The notes beneath the pieces were generated by a model. That model was not told the origin of the DNA, made no database searches, and saw only the letters and a list, made by a program, of their open reading frames with translations. A stretch of DNA of 63,162 bases, the filler included, from Phoronis australis (taxonomy: Eukaryota; Animalia; Phoronida): NCBI GenBank assembly GCA_002633005.1. It is 7 parts of 7 records of this genome, joined end to end, with 100 filler letters (N's around TTAATTAATTAA, not from the genome) between each part and the next. Parts side by side here need not be neighbours in the genome. Positions count along the whole stretch, not along the records: positions 10,652 to 33,587 come from NMRA01001381.1; 6 more parts are not named here. One strand, 5' to 3'. Position numbers and translations under genes: made by a program. This document shows, piece by piece, positions 11,991 through 26,190 of the stretch. Within the stretch, counting starts at the first letter, position 1, and each line of letters starts with the position of its first letter.

Positions 11991-14703
11991 TTTTTACTCT
12001 GCGCGTGTAAGCGCAGAGTACTGTGGTTCCTGGGTTTTCTTCAATGTTATTCTTATTCTTATTCTTATTCTTATTCTTATTCTTATTCTTATTACTCTGC
12101 GCGTGTAAGCGCAGAGTACTGTTGTTCCTGGGTTTTCTTCAATTTTATTCTTCTTATTCTTATTCTTATTCTTCTTATACTTCTTCCGACCAAATTCGAG
12201 GCTTAATAACTCCCTACTTTACTTTGCAATAGGCCTAAACATTCAGAAAAAATAGGTGAAAGGTCATTGAGTGCAAACTAAAATTTTGAGCTAGAGACTT
12301 CAAAATTACATATCTGATTACTAAGTGCAATTGAGTTTGAATTCTAAATTTTCAGGTCATTTGGTAAACCCATGAAGTCATTAGGTGCATTTTTCTTCTG
12401 AATGTTTGACCACTTCATTCATCTTGTATTCCGAAGTGCTTAAAGTAAAACATCTGTGATTCTTAGCATTAACTATACTTTAAATTGGTTGTACAATTAT
12501 TCCCTCACTGGGGTTCATAATGCAAGGAAGAGGTCAGTTAGTGGAAAGGTCATCAAAATATTAACATGTAATTTCTCCTACAACTTTAAAGAATTCCTTT
12601 TCGTATTGTTAAACGGGTTGCTGTCAGTAACTTCCCATAACAATTCCTTCCTTTAATGCGCACGCGCAGAGTCCATTATTGTCACGTCGTGACAATAATC
12701 TTTTTTAGTTCTTCTTATCCTTCTTATTCTTCTTATTCTTCTTCCGACCAACTTTGAGGCTTAATAACTCCAAATTGGGTGCAGGTACGGTCTTTAAAAT
12801 CACCATATGACTTTTGACAGTATATAAATTTTGATTGGTTATATAATCATATTCCATATTACACCGGAAGAGGTCGTTTGGTGCAAAGGTCATATAATTT
12901 TCAAAATGCTACTCCTCCTTCAGTTTTAAAGCTAACTTTTTCAAATTCGATGCACAGGTATAAGTCAACATGACAATTTAAAACATTACTTTTCTAAGTA
13001 ATCGGGACATCCAATCAGGTGAAATAGGTCAAAGGTTATTAGGTGCAAATTAAAATTTTGAGCTAGACACTTCAAATTGACCGGTATAATTGCCACAGGT
13101 AAATCAAATCGGAATCTAAAGTTTCAGGTCATTTAGTGCAAACATGTGGTCATTAGGTGCATTTTTCTTCTGAAAATTTGACCTTTTCAATCAGCGAATA
13201 TTCTGATGTGTCAACCGTCAGACAACTGTGATTCTCAGCGTTAACCACATTCTCCATGGGCTTTCCAATAATTCTCCTCAAGATGCTTAAAATGCACCGG
13301 ATGAGGTCAATTAGTGCAAAGGTCATGTAACATTCAAAATATTATATCTCTTACGTTTTCCAAGGAATTCTTTTCAATTTCAGCACACTGGTGTAAGTCA
13401 ACATGCCAATTGAATACCCTACTTTACTTCGCAATAGGCTTAATCAATCAGAAAAAAATTGGTAAAAGGTCATTGAGTGCAAACTAAAATTTTGAGCTTG
13501 AGACTTCAGAATTACGTATCTGTCTACTAAGTGCGATTGAGTTTGAATTCTAAATTTTCAGGTCATTTGGTGCACCCATGGGTCATTAGGTGCATTTTTC
13601 TTCTGAAAGCTTGACCACTTCATTCATCTTGTATTCTGAAGGGCTTAAAGTAAAACATCTGTGATTATTAGCATTAATCACACTTTTAATCGAGTTAACA
13701 ATTACTCCCTCATCGGGGCTCATAATGCACCGGAAGAGGTGAATTAGTGGAAAATTCATCAAAAAATTAACATGTTATTTCTCCTACAATTTTAAAGAAT
13801 TCCTTTTCACATTGGTAAACGGGCTGCTGTCAGTAACTTCCCATAATAATTCCAGTAATAAGCACGCGCAGAGTCCGTTATTGTCACGCCGTGACAATAA
13901 TCTTTCTAGTTTTTCTTATTCTTCTTATTCTTCTTATTCTTCTTCCGACCAAATTTGAGGCTTAATAACTCCAAATTGGGAGCAGGTACGGTCTTTAGAT
14001 TCAGCATATGACTTTTGACAGTATATAAATTTTGATTGATTATATAATCATATTCCATATTGCACCGGAAGAGGTCGTTTAGTGCAAAGGTCAAATAATT
14101 TTCAAAATGCTACTCCTCCTTCAGTTTTTAAGTTATCTTGTTCAAATTCGGTGCACAGGTATAAGTCAACATGACAATTAAAAAAATTACTTTTCTAAGT
14201 AATTGGTTCATTTAATCAGGTGAAATAGGTCAAAAGTCATTAGGTGCAAACTGAAGTTTTGAGCTAGACACTTCAAATTGACCGGTCTGATTACCACAGG
14301 TAAATCAAATCGGAATCTAAAGTTTCAGGTCATTTAGTGAAAACATGGGGTCATTATGTGCATTTTTCTTCTGAAAATTTGACCTTTTCAAGCAGCAAGT
14401 ATTCTGATGTGTCAACCGTGATTCTCAGCATTAAACACATTTTCATGGGCTTTGCAATAAATCTCCTAAAGATGCTTAAAATGCACCGGACAATTACTCC
14501 CTCATCGGTGATCATAATGCACCGGAAGAGGTCGATTAGTGGAAAGGTCATCAAAAATTTAATGTATAATTTCTCCTACAATTTTAAAGAATTCCTTTTC
14601 ATGTTAGTAAATGGGTTGCTGTAAGTAACTTTCCATAATAATTCCAGTTATACGTACGCTCAGAGTCCGTTATTGTCACGCCGTGACAATAATCTTTCTA
14701 GTT
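11991..14703 (+). mobile_element. Tandem array (3 units) of a non-autonomous Helentron/HINE-type rolling-circle element
   Basis: 5' T-run, then subTIR ACTCTGCGCGT with partial inverted copy GCGCAGAGT, then (TTATTC)n microsatellite. Each unit ends with the complementary subTIR ACGCGCAGAGT, hairpin TTATTGTCACG-N-CGTGACAATAA and a T-rich TAGTT end (near 12662-12710, 13864-13911, 14656-14703). Confidence 0.75.
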
Positions 14704-17596
14704 AGTGTTTGTGGTTAATTTGCAACGTTTTGCTACTGTTTAGAGCACAGAATATTTTTCTTCTCTTTATTGCTTGCTAGTTTTAATGCTCGACTTGTGG
14801 CGGGACGGACATTCGTTAGCTCGAGTCACTATTTATATTCTGGTGTCCATTGTGACGTCTAGTTGAAGTTGTTGGCTAGTCATTGATATGCAAATGTCCT
14901 TGCGGGTTGTCTGTAGGCCTCGTAGGTTGAGTGAGTATTGAATCCTAGTTCGTGAAATAAGGTTGTATCGTTAGTATAAGTAGAACATATGATTGAAGTG
15001 TAGACGCTGGTTTCATCATTTATTCATGAACTACTAACCCATGACAATCTTTTGGAATTTACCCGACACTAGTGTTATCTTTTAACTCTTTTCATGGCAT
15101 TCTATTCATCAGTTGTCTTATACATGTAGGTCAATCTCGTTCACCAACATGGTGACTCCCAGTGGAGGAATGTCAGCGTCTTTACTGCTGTTCAAATAGC
15201 TCTGTTTTCGTCGAGCGCCCGTCTTCCAAGGCTAACGAGTCACTGAATACATGTACATCGCCACTTACGTAATATAGGAAACATTCCATGAAAACGTCGT
15301 AAACACTGAAGCTAACACCTTTACTACGATACTAAGAATTCTCAGCAACAGTAAATTTTTTTGAAGCTCATTTATTTGAGAAAAGCGTATTTTAAATAAG
15401 AAGGTGTTTAATTATTTTAACGTTAATCACCCAATCTGAGAGACGTAGGTGCTGTCATCGATTTGTATTGAGCTATGGAATATTCCCTCTCATCCCAACT
15501 AATGCCTTGCAAAGAAGCTTTTTCTCAGCAACATCCAGTGTCGGTGACCGATGTCAGGTGGCGCTAAATGCGGCACGTATTGCCTCTATCCATTCGATCT
15601 CTCATTGTGAAGTGAGTAGCTTAAGAACTAGCGACCTCGAAAACTAAGCTGGAGTCAAAATCCGGAGCAACTTATATACAAAACAGATTGCTCTTTAATT
15701 AGAAAACGGACAATAGCCGCACAAATAAAAGTTTGTGTTAACTCAAGGTTTCGTCCATCGACACTTCTTGTTGTCCTAATGTACATATCCACCAGCCTGT
15801 GAAAAGATGCAAATTCTTATCCCTGCCGTTCATGTCAGTATGACGTACTTATTAGATCTGCAGAGAAGTCTTATGGTGGGGGTACTTACGACGGGGGGGT
15901 TTAAATTCCTGTGCAAATAAGCCAGTGTTTACAAGAGCGATAGGAAATTCGCTTCCGCACACCAAACAATACACGTAGGTTTACCAGATATCGCGCAGGT
16001 TGAAGTGTAGAGGTCCCAGGCCGGGGGCCACGTTGGACGCCTGCATGTACGTAGCTGGAAATCATCTATAGAGAGGTGGTTTTTAGTGAGGAGAGGGCGT
16101 GGTAAGAATTGAATTATGAAACTTTTGAAAAGTCAATTAATTGTTGCAGATTTTTATTATTCTGTGTTTTTTAGGAACAAATGAGTGTTCAATCAGTAAG
16201 GAGCAACATGAAAAATACTCTGTGATTCAACGCGGCCAGCATGGAGGTTGGACGCGCGCAGAATAATAGAGAGGAAGGTTCAGTGCCCACCGCCTGTGAT
16301 TGGACATTGAGCTGTATTAGCTCATCACTCATGTGACTTTCATCACATTTGAGATGGTGATAATCATTGTGTTTTATTCTGTTGACATTTGCTGTCAAGT
16401 GTCTGGTGCTGTACGTGATCAGCAGCATGTAATGGTAGCTTCCAACACAAACAAGTGTTAGAAAATGCCCTGTATTATTACGATGATAGATCAGGTTATG
16501 AGAAAAAAAATTCTTTTGCTTCGTTTTTGGTAGAATGATTTTAAAACTGCATAGACTACTTTTTGGGAACAGCTCTCTCGCAGCTACGTAATCTAGTTGG
16601 GACTGGACATTTACTTCTAGACCCTTGTTACCCCACAGTGTAGCCATCACGCGCTTCCAAACCTTCTCTAATCGTTTGCACGATCTTGTCAACGCAAACC
16701 TCGATCGGGCGAACTTGGTCGGGTAGGGCCCGATGATTAAGTAAAAGCGCTTTGAATCAGAATCAAATTGATTTTTTTACCAACCCCGCGGTCACTATAG
16801 TCGTACCAGTAGCTGAAACAATACATGTATGTCGTTGCTGTTGATATTCAGCTGGATATGTTTTCTTTTATAAATGCGCGGACCTTCTCCGCGGGGGCGT
16901 TCAGTCGTACCCTCCCAAACCTCTGCATAGTGTCATACGAGTTGTACACAGATTACCAAACATAAACACACGATATTTTCACTGAAAATGGAACAAAAAT
17001 ATCAAGAAGTTGATGAGACGTGCGGTGTTGAAGTAGATGAAGAGGAGCACGTGTGTAACGAATGCACAGACGGTGAAAATTATTAGATTATGCGTACAAT
17101 GGCATCAAATTGATGTACATGTACAAGTCCAGGGGGCGACACTAGTGCATAAAAATAGTATATCTAGAGCGCAACTCGCACACAAGATTTAAGAATCCAA
17201 CAGATTCAAAAAAATTCACAAGCACAAATCTGCTGTGGCTTGAGTTGCCGGAGAATCTAGCAACAATTCAAGATAGCATGAACGATGAAGCTGTATTTTT
17301 TAAATTTCACAGAGCCTCCAGTTAAGAAGTCGACATAGACAAAAACAGCAGTGAAATGTCACTTCAAGAATTTAACTACCAATACTGTTTGCAAAAAGTA
17401 TTCTTGAAATCAAACATCAAAAACTTACCCGGCTCTATTTCACAAAAATGTGAAAATTGAGGCAATTTTGCTATGAATGAGATATATATATATACATATA
17501 CATATACTGTACTTTAACATAAATATATATAAATATATGTTGAAGTACAGTACAGATGGTATTTTAAATCACAGGTTCGTATCCCATACATGTATA

Positions 17597-20500
17597 TAGT
17601 CCAGTCATTCTACAGATAACCCGGAAAAAATTGCAACAGAAGGTTTTATTGCATAAATCGTATCCTTTCATGCCCCTTAGCGAGAAAAAAAAAGTCTACC
17701 GGAATCGGAGTGGCGGAAGTTGGTTTTTCAAGATGGCGGACAAAATGGCTGCCAGATTTTCTGATGCGCACTATAACTCAAGAGTGGAATGTGAAAGAGT
17801 AAAAATTCAAAAAGGTTTACCTATGTTTTGTGGGTCAACAAATCCATTGGAAATGGTTTTACATGGCTGTGGTGACACCATCCGCCATTTTCCAAGATGG
17901 CCGCCAAATCTACTTGAGTCGCACAACTTCACACGAACAGATTAGTGTGTCGTCTTGCTTCAAACATCGCATCATAGGTTTTCTGGGTCGACTAATCCAT
18001 TGAGACTCATTGCATTTGGCACTAATGATTACTTCCACCATTTCCAAGATGGCGGACAAAATGGCCGCCAGATTTGCAGATGATCATTATAACTCGAGAG
18101 TGGAATGTGATAGAGTAAAAATTCAAAAATGTTTACCTATCTTTTGTGGGTCAACAAATCCATTGGAAAAGTTTTGCATGGCCGTGGTGACACCATCAGC
18201 CATTTTCAAAGATGGCCTTCAAAACTATTCCGAATCGCACAACTTCGCACAAACAGATTAATGTGTCGCCTTGCTTCAAGTATCATAGGTTTTCTGGGTC
18301 GGCTAATCCATTTAGACTCATTGCGTTTGGCTCTAATGATTACTTCCACCATTTTCTAAGATGGCCACCAAATAGTTGCTTCGTGTAAGAACTTCAGATT
18401 CCAGAGACAAGCCATGTCGTCAAGTTTTTTAAGTCAGCACATCCATTACAATAATTTTTGTCTGGCTCTTGATGATTACGACTACCATTTTCAAGATGGT
18501 TTAACGAATAACTTATTTGGGTCAAAAACATCAGGTTTGCCTGAGCTGAAGGATCATTTTCCTCCTGAAAAAATATGCTGTATTGAAAATAACTCTCTGC
18601 AATTAATTCAGTGATCTACTATCCACACTGTCTGTGTCACTTCCAGTTAGTTGTAAATGCTAGTGAATCTATACACAATCAACCAGTATTTACACAACTA
18701 ATCTCTGTCAACTCGGAATGAATTGCTGCAGCTAAAACCACGGCATTCTCCACATGCAACCGAGTACGGCTATCCTAACTTCCTGCAAGAACATCTCTTG
18801 CAACTGCAGTTGGTCTTACCCGAGCATCTCACTACTTTCAGCAGGTTCTCTGGTGCTGCTGAATGGTACGTCATCGTGGGAATGAATTTTCCACCTGCCA
18901 TCATCCATCCCCAATACAGCGAGTCTAGGCCACTACCACGGAAAATTGACCGCTCTTGCTCTTGATAATATGTCCCGGCAGCACGGAATTTAGCTACTGA
19001 AGAAAGTTGGTGATAATGACTGTATTTGGACTGTGGCTAGTCTGACACCTCATCCACAAATTGCCTGTATCGCAAGTCATCCAAATTTCCAGAGCCAGTA
19101 CCGCCATGAAGCACAGATACAACTCTTACCAGCTTCAAATATGTCTTGCTTCAGCTGCATGTGTCTAGTGAATACTCTTACCAGAGTTTTTGCAGAATTC
19201 TCGATCACGCAGTTTCTTGAATGGGAGAGCCTTTGCTAATACCGAACAGCTGTAATGTTGTGTTGCAACCACCTATTGCATGCGCAAATGGCAAAACTGC
19301 ACAAGTTTCGGCACCAAGAGACAACTGTAGTTCCTTGATGTCCCAGACTCTCCTCTTGCTGTGGTGTCTCTTGTCAAATTTCATGAACATGAAATTTGTT
19401 GTGAAGTAGCCTGGTAACGCAAAAGAACCAACAAGTCTGTATCATCTGCAATAAGAGTAGTTGGACCCTGTACTGCGTTCTCTACTGCTGTTTCTACAAT
19501 TAAAACATCATTCTGCGTCACCTTGAGCTTGTACCACTGTGCAACCAGCATTTCCTAGCAAACTCGACAAGAAGTGAGTGAATCGTTTGTTTTTGCTTCT
19601 TGCCAAAAATGTTCCTTTTTTACTTGATCACCATGTCACCATTGAAGTGAACTTCAGTTCCACCACCCCACCCAGTCTTCGAACATGGGAGACATCTTCA
19701 GGTGATGGTCCATCTCAGTAACCATCAAAAACAACAGTAGGCTGGGTGCACTTACTGATGTAATCCACATAAGTTCTACCAAATGACTGAAACGTTGCAC
19801 CTCTAGGCCATGGAATACAGTGAAGGAGAGAACCGCTGTTGATTACATGCATCGAAATTGAAATCCTCAGGTAGTCCTCCACTGTATCAGAGTGCATCAG
19901 CTCATATTGATTTATTAGGGAATCTGGGAAGACCAGGGCCCGGTCTCCAATCTTTTTACTCGGAATGGAACTCGAAATTAGGTTTGGCATTTTCTACTCT
20001 ACTTTTGGGCGAACTCAAGATAAGTGTCTTTTATTCTATGCTCGAGTACACAATAACTTACGTAGATAATTTATTGCCCTTAGTTCACAGTTTGTAAACC
20101 CAATATTNGTGTTACTTGATCTGTCTATATTTGGAAGTGGGATGTTGAATGTTCTGGCTTTTATGATAGCATTCAGTGCTGAGTATACCAACATATGCCC
20201 CCCACTGCTCTATCCACACTTTTTCCATTCAACATAAGGATCACACTGTTTGATGCATACACCGTCTCAAGAACTCCTTGAAGCCCTGTGCTTGACATTA
20301 CATATCCAATACATTCGAGAATGCTCATCTCAGTATGAAATCTTCCAAGCCGGGCTAAGAACAAGTGACTGCAGATCACTGTCGTTTTGTTTGCAGGCAC
20401 AAATTTGCTCTAAAATCAGTTACCTATGTTTATAAAAAGCATGCATATTAAACAAATTGTGGGTCCTAACTATTAAAATTGAATTAATACACAATCCTAT

Positions 20501-21480
20501 TTGCTTTTCATCAAATTCAGGTGAAATCAGCAGCCAAATTCACAATACATGCCAGCAGCAGACGAAATCGATGCTTGGGAACAACTAATAACATCTCCAA
20601 CAACAGAGAAAAAAGCCACTTCCTGCCCAATTTTATTAAGGGTTTGTATAATGAATAAGCCAATAACTCCACCAGAATAACACATTTTTCTAAAAAATAT
20701 TATTTTTGATACCTCAAATGAATATATTTTACAGAAAAACATATGAGTTTGTAAAATCTATCATGAAAATTTAACTAAAGCCTTTGCTGAAAAACACACT
20801 GACTTTTATGTTATATAATCTAAAATGTGATTAAAATTCCACATTTAGTATATAAATCTTAAAAACAAATTATAGAAACAATCAACTCATTAACTCTGAC
20901 TGTAGATTGTAAAATGTTTTTGTGTAAATGCGTATCAGGTTACAAACAAAGTTTGCAGAACGTAAATGCGGTAAATTGGGGTTTGTGAATTGGCAGCCAT
21001 TTTGGCGGCCATTTTGTCAGCCATATTGATTTTTTTCTCGCAAACCAGTGATCAATTGTAAGGTCCAGACATTTTCAATTGTCTAACTTACAAAAGAATA
21101 AAACTTTTGCCATTTTCAGGGCAAAATATAAAAAGAAATCTTGCAACATGTACCAAATTGCCGTTTCGGCCGCTTTTTTGTCGGCCATATTGGTTTTATT
21201 TTACGGAAAATTGGCATCTTTTGATTGCCTGTTATGAAAAGTATATAATCAATGACAAACTTTATTATTTTATTTTTAGCTGTTACATAAGAGTAATATG
21301 CCAGAAAACAGTAAACACCGGTTTTTTCCGCCATCTTGAAAAACCGACTTCCGCCACTCCGATTTCGGTAGATTTTTTTTCTGACACTAAGGGATGTTTG
21401 AAGATGCCATTTATGCAAAAAACATTCTGTTGCAATTTTTTTTAGGTTGGGCCCTCTGGAGCCCTAGAATGACTGGACTA
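17597..21480 (-). mobile_element. Academ DNA transposon, internally deleted, with decayed transposase
   Basis: TAGTCCAGTCATTCTA...TAGAATGACTGGACTA ends with ~150-bp TIRs. AAGATGGC-rich ~310-bp subterminal repeats (17725-18370). Minus-strand remnants: RLGRFHTEMS..IG..M..TGL...L..VYA.N.V..ML.GK, GSLLHCIPWPRG...VVFDGY, HAIGGCNTT..LFGISKG, and Cys-rich C..KTNC..KRCSCRK...ACGECRG..CSN. Confidence 0.88.
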
Positions 21481-22318
21481 AATTCCGAGTGTCCACTTTT
21501 ACTATTTCTGTTTGTTTACATATCTTGATGGTTTACAATTTAGTAACTACAGACCACGCACACGTCAAGTACGGATAGCCTCAAAATTACTGTACGAATT
21601 CGCCAGAAAGACATTTAGAAACTGCACTCCATGACGTGTTGATTACATCATGATGAATTCGTACATAGCTCTTCATAATCACCTTTTCAATTTCTTTGAT
21701 ATCACAGTTTCAGTTTTTAAAACTGTTATGAACATCTTAGACCTAAATTTGTTTCTCTTTTGTCCTTTGATATTGTCGCCACTGGTGTCTAGCCCGCATT
21801 ACTCATGCCGAATTCGTGAAAAGACGCAGTACACAGATCCCGGCCCACGCCGTAGGTGTCTTCCTCATCTGCCGACATCTTCATGTGACTCGTTGGTGAC
21901 TAGAACAGGGATGCCATTAGCAACATTTCTGCACACCACATGCTGTTAGTGTTGTTATTATCCGAACATAACCCGTGTACAACAAATCGTTTCGCCATTA
22001 TGCGGCACGAATAACCCTAACAGCCGAAACCAGAGGTGTGCAGCCGCGGAATCTTTGAAGTTATTGTTAAAGACATATCTGTTTAGACATGTCACGAAAC
22101 ACTGAATTTGAATGCATATATGTAACTAGTTTTAACATAATTGTATTGTGTTTTTGAAATTGATGTATGTAAGTTTATTGGTTAAACGGCATGGTCAGAA
22201 GTTCATTGACTGATGGGTTTGCAAATAACGCTTTCGTCCGCAAGAATCCCCTACATATTGATAAGGTAATCTAAGGAGAGGTTGCAGTCAGTAGGCGGGA
22301 TTCTCACCTGAAGTCCGG

Positions 22319-22589
22319 ATGAGTAGCGAAAATTTCGAATTGTCTGATATTTCCAGCGGTACTGAACTAATGGGTTCCGGCAAGCAATCCGGTGGTTGCC
22401 ACGTCAGTATCGCCATCGGGTTCGTCTTGGCACTTTTGGCAATTGCCATTGCTGTGGGAGTGGGAATAGTTGTTCACTTCGCCGGAGGCGGCTCGCCCTG
22501 TGTATGCAAGTGTGCTGCGCTACAGGCGCCTGTGTTAGGTGCTCTACGGGGTAAAGAGCCTTCACCCAGAGTGGATCCTTGTGTTAACT
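22319..22589 (+). CDS. ANPEP: Aminopeptidase N-like (M1) gene, coding exon 1: cytoplasmic tail and type II transmembrane anchor
   Basis: MSSENFELSD...IAIGFVLALLAIAIAVGVGIVVHF hydrophobic segment. GTAAGT donor at 22590, phase 1, joins in frame to the exon at 29408. Confidence 0.82.
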
Positions 22590-25500
22590 GTAAGTATATT
22601 ATTCATCATCATTTCTAAAATTAGCATCTCGTCTACATACATTGGCAGGACGTTTCGGTTGGTCAATTTCAGGCCATCTTCGGGTGTTACTGACAGCATC
22701 CTCAGAAAAATGAGCGCGGGTACCATGGGTATAATCATGGTGGTCTATGCTTAGCACTTTTTGGGATTGCATTTTTTCTTGATACACAGTGGGATTTGAA
22801 CTGGGACAAGCCGGTTGTCAGTCCAGCACTCCAACTATAGCCGAGGGAATTTTGTTATCTTCCGTCCATGTTGCCTTAAGAGGAGTTGTCAGGTGGCGCT
22901 TGTCCGATTGCTTTGCTGACTACTTTTATCGTGCAGCTTCATACGCATGCTTGTGGGGACCATTCTTCACCCATGTTGGTTCTGGCAACGAGCAGGGACA
23001 TGTACGTCATTGATGACAGTAATGCCGAATCCCAAGTCTTCCCCCGGGTTATGACAGCTTATGGCCATGCCATGACTGTCTCTCACTCGGTATAAAATTT
23101 TCATCGAAAATTTAAATTATCACCACTGCCTGTGAGTGACTCCGATAATCATCCGAGTGTCGGTCACTATGACCATTTTTTGCCTTAGTCAAACTCTTCG
23201 GAACTGCATCGGAAGCTCTAAGTGGCTGAGGCGTTATGGGAGCTTTGAGTCGACAATTCTGTCGATAGACCAAACGTGACTATGACAAATGATTGTTCTA
23301 TCAGTTACTAAGGAAGGATCGTCGTGATTTGTTAATGGCTCCTATCAATTAAAGTTGTGGTCGGCAGGCCAATGGAGAGGATAACGCTAACTGACCTTCA
23401 GTTCGCCACAAATAAACTGTAAAAACAAAAATGCGCTTACATTTTGAAAGACGTATACAAAACATACCGAGATTGGCGTACATGAAGTTATATTCCACGA
23501 GACATTATTCCGCGTATCGACCCACACAGTTCCCATGGCGGATCACATCATAGTATATGTATGTACTTGCGCGTTAGGTTGCAAGTTTTCTCTAATAAAA
23601 GAAACAGTTTTAAATGTAACGATTTATTTCTTGAAAAGAGGTAGCAAAGATGAAAACTACGGCAACTGAGCAGTGAACTTGTAACATCTCCTGGAAATAG
23701 TTAAAAAACAACAATTTTTGATATTTTAATTTCCTAGGAATTGGCGCCTGAGTTGCAGACGATATAGTATTCAGCAATTGAAAACTGAGAGAAAGTGTCT
23801 TATAATTAACAGTTTTGTTCCAGATTTTACGTTTAGGGCCTGGTTGCATGTCGAGTGTTAGTTACACTGTTGCAACTGTATTACTTTAAACTTTATTAGG
23901 AAAGTTTGATGATCGAACCGGCTGTAGACGTCGAGTCGACATTGGCCTACCTTTTGAACTTTCCATGTCAGAGGTCGCTGCTGAAGTAGAGCGGGAGGTG
24001 AATACGGAAAACTTTGTTACATGGCCATATTTCCCTCGACAGATTCAACGCGCGTGGGATAAAATATGGGAATAATACGAAACAATAACGACCGTAGATA
24101 TTTGATAACATTTCTAATGGAAATGAACAACAAAATAAAAACATTTTTTCAGAATGAAATTTGAAGTTGATGTTTAATTATATCCACACGTGAATTTAAT
24201 GCTGTCAAAGCACTTCGACTTGAACCCAAGTATTTATGTTTAAGTTCTAAGTACATAACCTACTGAAACCTATGATGGACCTGAGTCGCGATGAGACGGA
24301 CGTTTTTAAATGGGTAAGCCTATAGCTCGACTTGAACGTAGACCCCATGTTGTACTCAGCTATATTTTGAAGGGGGTTCTCGCTAAAAATTAGAACACTC
24401 GTTAGATACTATGCTTTATGCACTGTCTTAGAAATGCTTAAAAATTTTCACTTTTCCTGGAGGTGCCATCAAAACAGGACTTCTGTGACTTCCATCGGCA
24501 TAAAACGAAAGCGAAATGATATTTTTTGTATTTGATATCTCACCTTGAACGTTTATATCAAATATAATTTATTGATTCTGTTGTTTTGTTATCATTGTGT
24601 ACATTTCATTTTTGCTAAGTTTTACTCAAAAGACGAGGTCACATGACCCAGGTTGCTAAGAAGACAAAAATCATATTCTACAGGCTTTCTATCTTCCGAA
24701 AATAAATTATATATTACAGAGTAAAAATCTTCAGTGTTTTAGATATTTTTGCTAAATGCACACACTTCTTAATAAGGAATAAGGTTCTACATAAGCTTAA
24801 AGAGAGGATTTGAAACAGAGACGTATTTGTGTGGAGCCTCCATAAAAAACACCCTTCTATAGCGTTGTGTTCTAAAAACACAGACCTTTTGTAAGGATAA
24901 ATCTCAACCCCATCAAAGTGATTCGAGGAGAAAAAGGCTTTGTTGTCAAAATGAGCCCATTTTGAGACCTAAATTTTGAAAATATAAAAAACATCCAACA
25001 CCTTACTGTTGTACAGTTGGAAAGGAGTCTTTTATAAAGTTTCGAACTCCCAAAGCGATTTTTACAGAAGAGTGTCCCGTAAGGAAACTTATCATGAAAT
25101 AACCGTACACCCATTCTAGGAGTATTCCCCTGGACTAGACCCTAAAACAAACAAAAATTATACGCATTTCTGCGACAAGGGCGAATTCGTTAAGAAGGGT
25201 CAACAATGCTGTTCCAGGGTTGTGTTCACCGGTAACGCAAGTTTATTTCAAGGCCGTCAAGGTCACACAAAAACCTTTGGGAGACATTCAAGTTCACGCA
25301 ACACTCACTTCCGCTTAATCTTGAGATTAAGCAGGATTCCAAGTTCACGTACAGCACGAGTGCTGTGCTGATGAGGTCCCGAGATGTGGGGCCAACAGGT
25401 GGCGCGCTGACCAGACTAAAAATGTTTGCGATCTTTCATTCCGATAGTGTTCTTGAAGGCCAAAATCTAGGTCAAGAAATTGTTAATATTGGGTGGAAAG

Positions 25501-25989
25501 TAAAATTTAACATGAAGCATTATCTGTATCGCTCAACTATTACAGACAGAGCTATAAAATTTTGATTTTTTTAATTGTACCGCACTGCACATTTACTTTT
25601 AGGCTAATATTGACTCCCATTTAGACCGTCCATAAGGGCCCTTCAAGACTTGCAATTAGTGTTATATTGGCCACCATATACTAAAGTTGAATCTGATTAA
25701 CCTGCTTACACTATACGTTCTCAAAATGAAAGTGAGTCCTGTTTTGGCGATTTCACTCCTAAGGTTGATTCTCCACTAAAATGCGCAATTCAGAAAAACG
25801 TGCATAGAAAAAGAATTAAATTGTCCAAAAACATCTCATCGTTTTTTCGAACTCAAGTGTACTAATCGATGCAATCACGAAAAATATTGTTTTGACTCGG
25901 ATATTATTTACAATACATTATGACGCATTATACTCATGTCCATTCGACAAAATGCTCGTTAATTTTTTTTTTTTTTTCACTGTGNTCCC

Positions 25990-26190
25990 CCGTTATCCAG
26001 ACTCCGAGTGGATTTTGGAGAATTATCGCCCGAGGGGCGTTAGCCCCGAGGGTGATAATTTTACAAAATTCATGAGGGCTTTAGATAAGGGGGATAACGA
26101 CTGAGAGCATAAAATAATCTATTTATACCCCATTCTGAACGAGAAACATTGCAATGAATCGATCTACCTTCCTCGACTCGCCTCGGCTTT
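25990..26190. mobile_element. Possible Crypton-like terminal remnant
   Basis: Hairpin AATTATCGCCCGAGGGGC-GTTA-GCCCCGAGGGTGATAATT and a second CCTCGACTCGCCTCGG motif. No coding remnant seen. Confidence 0.3.

Noticed and set aside
11917-12232. ORFs with ILIL / YSYS / LFLF runs
   Set aside because: Translation of the (TTATTC)n microsatellite of the Helentron-type element.
16189-16692. 167-aa minus-strand ORF
   Set aside because: Non-ATG start, no recognisable motif or exon structure.
22643-22690. Minus-strand hammerhead-like motif (CCGAAGATGG...CCGAAACGTC)
   Set aside because: The core has C in place of the essential U, the stems do not pair, and no adjacent Penelope ORF was recognised.
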